Below are positions 55,673 to 64,000 of a stretch of DNA of 64,000 nt, in pieces. The stretch comes from the human T2T-CHM13v2.0 reference genome, Homo sapiens, in NCBI RefSeq assembly GCF_009914755.1, contig NC_060944.1, one strand, 5' to 3'. The translations under genes and the position numbers were made by a program. Position 1 is the stretch's first letter. Every line of letters begins with the position of its first letter. A model generated the notes under the pieces. The model was given only the letters and a program-made list of their open reading frames with translations, was not told where the DNA came from and made no database searches.

Positions 55673-57899
55673 GTAAGCTGGTCCTCTACCCCTCAAACTC
55701 TTCACAACCCTCATCCCGTTTACTAGCACCTGCAAACCACAGCCTCCCTTCCTGTCCCATTAGTGAATTTAAATCGGATTTTGTTTTTCCTCTTAGTTGA
55801 AAGAAAAAAATTCTTTTTGTATTCTTTTGTGTAACCTATCTCGGATTTGGAGAAAATTTTAATTCAAATTAATACACTTATATTGGGGGGGGGGTGAGAG
55901 GTACTTTCCTCCTTTTCAATAAATTTCTATACTTGCTACTTTATGGAGAGTTTACTTTTCTTTGGGGATGAGTTACACCTTATGTTTTCACATGTGTTAC
56001 TTCTTTAATGATAAGTGCAACTCCTTTCTCCATTCCATCCTCCAATTTTGCTATTTATAAATATCACCTAATGGATTTAGAGTTTATTCATTTTTCTCCT
56101 CCCTCACTAGTTTTTCAGCTGTTACAGAATCACCACAATTTATTTTTCTCTGTATGTGGATGAGGTTTTGTGTTGATTCCTCTTTTTGTTTTGTAAATGA
56201 ATTTATTGTTTGGGAAACTCTTGGGGTGGTGTGTGTAAAAAAGGTCTTTTGATTAATTCCAACCTCTCCTCTTCTGAAGAACAATTTGCTTGAAATGTTT
56301 TGTGTATTTTCCTCATTTTTATTATGTTTAAATTTGAGGTATTTTACCTTCTTTAAAACCTGACCTCTTTTTAAAATTTAACCTTTTGCATGTTAAACCA
56401 TTTTTAAGGTTTTTATTTTATAAACGGCAATGGTTAGTAGATTTACTTGCCTTTCCCTGACCTCCTTCATGCGCCTGCCTCCTCCATCTCAAAACTCCCA
56501 TCCCCAGCTTCCACAATTCTCAGCTTCCAACGGACTCATCCTCCCCTCTCCTCCCAGCGAAGGACGGATGCCTGGGAAGTAGACAGTGTCCTTCTTGGGT
56601 CAGAACCTATGCTCTGGTTCTAGTTCAGGACACCTCCAGTCTCACCTCCAAGCCGGCAAAACGAGTGAGAGCAGAATTTCTGTCCAACTTTTTCATTTGG
56701 GACTAAGTTCTTTCCACTTGGCTGTATTCTGGAGAACTCTGATACATGAAATTGAATTTTAAATTCTCATTTTTTCCCTAAATTCTAAGAAAAGTGCAGG
56801 CAGATTGTTTTTCTTCCTTAAATGTAAGCTGTTAGCTTAGGGGTCAGCCCTTTGGGTCTTTTACCTCCTGGGGGAGACTTCTCAGAGAGACATACAGTGT
56901 TGATTCTTCCTTTTAGTTTTTGTTAAGGTAGAAGGGGCAGGGATTGGGGAAGCCCATATTGATCTCTGGCTCTAGCTCTGAACAAAGAAGGGTAGAGAGC
57001 TGGCCTGGGGACTTGTCCCTTTAGTCAGTAAGGTTTGGCTTAGGAGAGAGTTTGAAGTAAATCCCAGCTCTGAGGAAATTCTTCTTTTTAGCATTACTGT
57101 GAAAATAAATTATTAAAATAGTGTGACATGGCTTCAAACTATTCAGATTCCTTGAAGTAACAAAAATAAACTTACAAGAGTAATTTGTGTTTCCCAAAGA
57201 TCCGCCTCCAGTGACTGTCCATTTCTCTCAGGGAAACAGAACCCAACTGGGCAGAAGTAAAAATGCCGCCCCTCCCCTTTCAGTTCCCCAGTCACATTGA
57301 CATTCTGGGCACATTTGGCCCAGCCCCCGTGCCTGCTTCTCCCAAGTATGAATCTAAGTTACTATTAATAAGGGGCCACTCCAAGTTAATTGGCATTAAA
57401 AGAATTCATTTCAATTTGTTAATATTAAATGAATGCTCTGCACTTTAGCTCCCTTCTTCACCCTGGATTCCCAGATGAGTGATGGGAAGAGGGGGCAGGG
57501 AAGTAGAATGAGGATTTTATTTCTGGCTCTCCAGCTTAGCCACTGTGGTGCCTCCCCTGAGGGTGTGCGATCAGGCACAGTGGGGGACTGCTTGGGGAAA
57601 GTCTGATGTTCTTTTTTGGTGAAATTCATCTGTTTCAGCAGGAGTTGTGGGGGATGGTGGGTGGGGAGCAGAGGGAGAGGGACAGAATTGTTTGGGGGAC
57701 TTCGTGGGGAGCGGAGGGACTAGGGAGAAAGTGGGAAGGGAAAGGGATGGAGGTCAACAGGAGTTTTGGAGAACAAGGGTTGAAGGCTGTGGGGGGTAAA
57801 GCAGATTCGTGAAGAACTGGTGATAGGAACTAAACAACCCACCTAGAAGGGGAGGGGCTTCAAGCAGGGGTGGGGAGGTGGGATTTGAGGCAAAACAGC

Positions 57900-58350
57900 T
57901 AGGAGTTCTGAAACTATTAATATCTAGCTGTGTGACTCAGGGCAAGTTGCTTAACTTTTCTCTCTGCCTTAGTTTCTTGACCTGTAAAACAGGGATACTA
58001 ATAATAGAACTTATCTCAGGGGGTTATTTGGAATTAGAAGAAATACATGCCATGTGTTTTCCACAGTGCTTGGCACATAGAAACTGCCAGTAAATGTTAG
58101 CTCTTTTTATGGCAGAGTGGTTAACAGGATGGATTCTGGAGCTAGACGGCCTGGTTTTGAATCGCGGTCATGCCTTATGTGAGTTGTATGACCTAGGCAA
58201 GTTACTTAACCCCTTGTGATTTAGTTTCCTTGTCTGTAAAACGGGGTTAATAGTACCTAGCTCAAAGGCTGCTGTCAGGATTAAATGAGTTATATGTACG
58301 AAGAGCCTGGAACAATGCCCATCCCATAGGAAACACTATGTAAGCATTAG
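57900..58350 (+). mobile_element. Two adjacent MIR elements
   Basis: ggcaagttgcttaac...cttagtttcttgacctgtaaaacaggg and ggcaagttacttaac...agtttccttgtctgtaaaacgggg. Confidence 0.8.
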
Positions 58351-60255
58351 TTGTCATTGATATTGTTGCTCTTCTGATCTAGGAAGGTTGAAAATAGAGG
58401 CACAGGTGAGCTACTACTTACAGGCTAAGATTGGAATCAGATCAACTCTTTCACTCCTATCCCTGAAGCTAGTCCTGTAACTGGGTCTGCATATGTGGGC
58501 TTGGGGAGAGATCCTATAACCCTGGAAGCTGGGATATCCAAGTCCTTCCTCTGCTCTAGCTCTTGGGTTGGTGGTCCCTCCAAGACCCATAGACTCGAAG
58601 TCACTTCTTTTTCCCTGGGCAGGGTTGGGGTGGATCTGGTAATAGGAGAATTACTTTCTTGGTCTAATAACTCCCTTTAGTAGAGAGTTAGTCCTGGGAG
58701 TGTGAGTTGGGGGAGGTTGGGTAGAGCAGAGGAGATTAAATATCCTTTATGTACCAGCTCACACACACTTGACCTCACCAGAGGGTTGGGAAGACAGAGA
58801 TTCAAAGAGATTAAGTGATCTGACAAAGTCCTAAAGCTAGAACTTGGCAGAGTTGGCATCTGAACTCTGATCTGCTTGATGACAAACTTAAAGCCCTTCC
58901 ATTGCTGCATGCTTTTTGAAGGGAGGGATGGGACACATTTAAACTTGGGCCAGGACCATGGGGTAGATGGAAGATGGGCAAAGATAGAGTATTGGAGTGG
59001 GAAGTGGTCAAGCAGGAATTTTTCAATCATGGAAGATTTCCTGAGAAAAGAGATTCCAGATCAGGGTTCAGATGGTAGGGGAATGAGGATAGGAAGTAAA
59101 GAAGAGGGAGGGAGCCATGCATTGACAAGGAAGGAGAAGAAAAAAGAATTTATGCAAAGGCTGGTCAGAGTAATGGACATGAATTTGATTTGCCTTCCAT
59201 TTGCCTTACCATTTATTGAAGGCATACTATGTACTAGGTACATACATGATCACATTTGATGTTCACAACAGCCCTGACAAGTGGGTTTCTTATCCCTATT
59301 TCCAAAAGAGATCATTGAAGTTCTGAGAGCTTAATCCCCACTTTAGGTTACACAGTAGTAGCTGGATTTCCTGGCATCAGAACCCTCACCTAGGCTGCCT
59401 CTGAGCATGGCTTCTGTGTCCCAGTCTCAATTTCCATGACTGTTTCAGGTCCTCCTGTTCCCCCACATTTGTAGTCACTCTTGGTGACTGGGAACAAAGG
59501 GCTAGAGTGTGAGCTGAAACTGAGACAGGGAGTGGCAGGCAGGCAGTGGGGACAGAAACTTTTCTCACATCCACCCATGTGAAGAAGATGGACAGAAGGG
59601 TGGTCTTTCTGGAGGGAGGCTTCCAAGCCACTTTCTGGAGACTGCTGATCTTGGGATGAATGGCAGGGACCTTATTGGGTAGGGGATGGATGGTCACATT
59701 GTTTTCTGGGCTGTAGACTTTATTTCCCTTCCTTTGGGAAGAGAAGAGGAAGAGGACAGCTCAGGTGTGGGTTTGAGCCCTGGATTAAGACTGCCCATTG
59801 TCCACTAAAATCTCTTCTTTCCTTGCTGCCCGAGGGTGGAGAGACACCCAGCTGGACACTCCATTTCCCAGCTGCTCTTGTTGCCAGGTGTAGACACAGG
59901 GGAATGTGAGGCGAGCATGTCCTCAAAGCCTGACGGCACTGGGTAAATTCTCCTTTGTGTTCTCTCTTTCATGAGCTGGGCAGATGTGCCTGAGACAGGT
60001 TTGACCAGGCAACTGAAAATATATCCCTAAGAGAAGACAAAACAAAGATATGAAAGGAACACACTTCCCTGACTGACTAGGAGGAACAGAGCTGCCTGCT
60101 GACTGGAACCGCTTCCTCCCAGACTAAGTGAGAAATAAACTTCTGTTTTCTATATGCTACTGTGTTTTGGGGCCTGTATGTTATAGCAGTTTTGCTGTCA
60201 TCCTTTCTAATTCACCTTCTCACACCAGATATTTCAAATTAAAAAGATTATATCA

Positions 60256-60550
<295 letters not shown>

Positions 60551-60579
60551 TGATTACATGAGATCACAGAATAACTATA

Positions 60580-60795
60580 ATGATATTTATTGGGCCAGAT
60601 AGTATGCGAAGGACTCTATGCACATTATTTAGTGTAATCTATGTGACAATCCTCTGAGATACGTGTTACTATTATTCCAATTTACACACGAGGAAACAGG
60701 TTCAAGGAAGGTAAGTTATGTGCTGAGGGACACACAGGAGGGGTTGGGGCTGGATTTCAAGCCCACTGGGTGTGCAGAACTGAGCCTCTTCACCG
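60580..60795 (-). mobile_element. MIR
   Basis: tattattccaatttacacacgaggaaacaggttcaagg. Confidence 0.7.
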
Positions 60796-61789
60796 TGGGG
60801 GAAAATCCCTCCTGAGGACAGGGCTGGAAAAGCCATGGAGATCATCTTGTGCTTGGACAAGCCTCTCGCCAGTCACCACAGGGCCCTGAGACTCCCATTC
60901 CTACCTTCAAGAAGCTCAGCAGGCTACTACTCATGTTCATGTTGGGTCACTACATACGGTTTTATTTGAAGGAAGGAGCCCAGAGTTAAACTCATGTGAA
61001 AACCCCTGATAAATTCAGTCCCCTCCCTCTTTTTACAGGTGAGGCCCAGAGAGAAGATATGACTTGCTTAAGGTCGCACACTTAGTTTCTCTGTCAATCT
61101 TTCTAAATCTAGGACGAGTTCTCTTCCCACTGTATCAGGCTGCCTCAACAAACAGGGAAGTACAAAAATAGCCAAATCCAGGAAGGAGGGCAGTGGTCTG
61201 TGTCTCCTCCAATAATTTCATGGGACAGCCAAGCCTATTTCCTTGATTTCCCTTGTGCCCCTCCTGTCGGATATCTGCTTTGGGACCCATCTCTTTTGGG
61301 CTTGCAAAGAGAACGGGCTGCATCAGTTCTCTGCCCTCCGCATCACCCAGATGGTCAAACATGCAAAGGGAAAGGAGAGCTGGGGCCAGAGCCAAGGCAG
61401 GCAAAGAGACTCCTCGACACCCTCCAGTCTTTCCACATTTATATTTTTGGAATTTCAGGCTCCCTCCTCCCCCTGGACCTTTCCTAGTAGCCCACCAGGG
61501 AGAAGAAGAAGGAAAACTGCCATAAATTTCTCCTATTTATACAAGATGACAGAGTTTCTTGTGCCAGAAAAAACACAGAAAGGGAGCTGTCAGGGGAGAA
61601 GGGACCCAGCCCTATACCTTCTGGGGTCAATTTATCTTTCCGAATCGTGGTTTGGGGGCTACCCTAACATTGCCTGTATGAAATGCAGGCTTTGACTTGG
61701 GGCAACCAGGCCAGACAGCCCCTGAGCTTTGTTCCTGATCACAGTTTTCCTGCTTCATTTCAACTTCCCCCTACCCCTTACACTGTCTT

Positions 61790-62255
61790 TTTAAAAAACA
61801 ACTTTCTTGAGGTATAATTCATGTGTCATACAATTCACCATTTGAAATGTACAATTCAGTGGTTTTAGTATATTCACATGTACGTCAAACCATAACCATA
61901 GTTAATTTTAGAACATTTTCATCACCTCAAAGAGAAATCTTGTAACCTTTAGCTATCACCTCCCTATCCTCCCATATTCCTTCTTGCCCTTAATAACACT
62001 AATGTACTTTCAGTCTCTGTAGATTTCCCTATTCTGGACTTTCATATGAATGGCATCATATAATAAGAGACCTACTGTGACTAGCTTCTTTCATTGAGCA
62101 TAGTGTTTTCAAAGTTCATCCATGTTGTAGCATTTATCAGTACTTCATTCCTTTTCAAGGCTGACTAATATTCCATTGTATGGATATATCACACTTTGTT
62201 TATCCGTTCTTCTATTGGTGAACATTTGTGTTGTTTTCACCTTTTGGATATTACT
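61790..62255 (-). mobile_element. L1MB 3' end
   Basis: gaggtataattca...tgtacaattcagtggttttagtatattcaca...tattccattgtatggatata. Confidence 0.85.
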
Positions 62256-63273
62256 ATTCTCTCTTTCCTCTCATTCTCTAGACATCTTGGATAGTATCCA
62301 GTGAGGCCTGTGGGCAAGAATGGGTGTTTCTTATATTTGGGAACACCTAATATCCATGAAAGCACGGTCTTGGCACATGTCTGCTTTCATATTAAGTACA
62401 TGTACTAGCTGGAATTTTCCTACCTCTATTGTTACTGAGGTGGGGCTGCTCCCTCCTTTATCAATTCTCCCTTTTTATCACGATTGCTATGTTGGAAACT
62501 TGCTGACTCTTCAGACTAGGGGATTCAGATCCTTCTCTTGGGGCTTCAGAGACATGGAGTGGATGAATGAATGTCTTCCCATGAGGGAAGAGTTCCCTGA
62601 GTCTGGTCTCAAGTGATTCTCCAGTGCCTCACAGTGGAAGGAAGGTCTGTGAAGACTCCAGGGTCGAGGGAAAGTTATGTTCTTGGATGTATGACTGAGC
62701 CCAGAATCCAGGCCTCCAGTTTCCATCTCCTTGCCTGGACCATTTCAGTCTTCAGACATGCTTTGAGGTCAATCCAGTCACTCACCCAGCAACAGACACT
62801 GCCTCTGCCCTCATGGACCTTGCAGTTCTAGTGGTGAGAGTAAGATGAATACAAGTGAACAAAATGATGGCAAGTTGTTCCAGCTTGTTCAAACTTCTAA
62901 ACACTGTTCAATGAATGAATGAACCAACAAGAACTTAGTATGTGCTCTGGAAAAAAAATGTGAAAAAAGTCAGAGTTGTAAATCACTTTCTGCTACCACT
63001 ACCTTTCCTAGTCTGGAAGTCAGCATTACTTCTCCATCCCTTGGAGGAGATAGTGGGCAGATATTACAAAATGTTAGCTAATAAGAGCTACCATTTATTG
63101 GACCAGACATACACCAAGGAGTTTCTATAGTTCATTAATTTTCACCCTTTGAATTAGGCATCAATATTTCCATTTTGAAGATGAGAAAAACCAAAACTCA
63201 TGGTTTAAGTAGCTATCTGAAATCACACCCATAGCAGTAAGTGGCAGAACATTTGCTCTGGACACTGGGATAA

Positions 63274-63636
<363 letters not shown>

Positions 63637-64000
63637 ATGTATGTGTTTTTATTCCTAACACTTCATAACAAATGCCAATATCTCTTCCTGCAGCCTTACA
63701 GAGGGAGCTGATCAGTTTCCCCTCCTGCCCAAAGGCAAAGCAGCCACAGTGGAAGTGCCAGAGTCCTCCCTCACAGCCTTCTGTCTAGTGGTTATTCCCG
63801 CTTCAAGGCTAAGGAAGGGAAGGACCCGTTTTGCTTTCAAAGGCTTTTTCCTTCCAGCCCTTGCTGTGCACCCGTTGTGTGTGGGAGGGACCATGAGAGG
63901 CCTGGATATTGTCAATAAAAGACTTGAACAAGCCAAAGAGCTGATGATGTTGACCAGAAGGGGACCTTAACAAGGCAGATAATCAAAAGTTGATGACTGA

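Overview
This is primate (most likely human) genomic DNA with no intact host protein-coding gene. It reads as a pericentromeric-type segmental-duplication mosaic. (1) 1-21.5 kb: the 5' end (exons 1-2, CpG-island promoter) of a disabled FRG1 paralog on the minus strand, plus repeat-rich upstream DNA. (2) About 21.6-25.6 kb: an old local direct duplication flanking a promoter-like, C2orf27A-like first exon, with a 38-nt templated insert at its left junction. (3) 26-53 kb: L1/LTR/Alu-dense DNA, including a full-length L1PA2/3 nested in an old L1M and a two-LTR THE1 element. (4) 53.4-55.3 kb: a single SST1/FAM27-like unit. (5) 55.3-64 kb: a MIR-rich, L1-poor euchromatic-type block starting with a CCAAT/E-box promoter and a strong splice donor. 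Most ORF-track entries are spurious or repeat-derived. I found no wholly new biological system. The best leads are a perfect DUX4 motif between ~117-bp inverted repeats in FRG1 intron 2, the rearrangement signatures at 21.6-25.5 kb, and an L1 ORF2 fragment with an intact endonuclease domain. Family assignments are from recalled consensus sequences, not database searches, and repeat boundaries are approximate.
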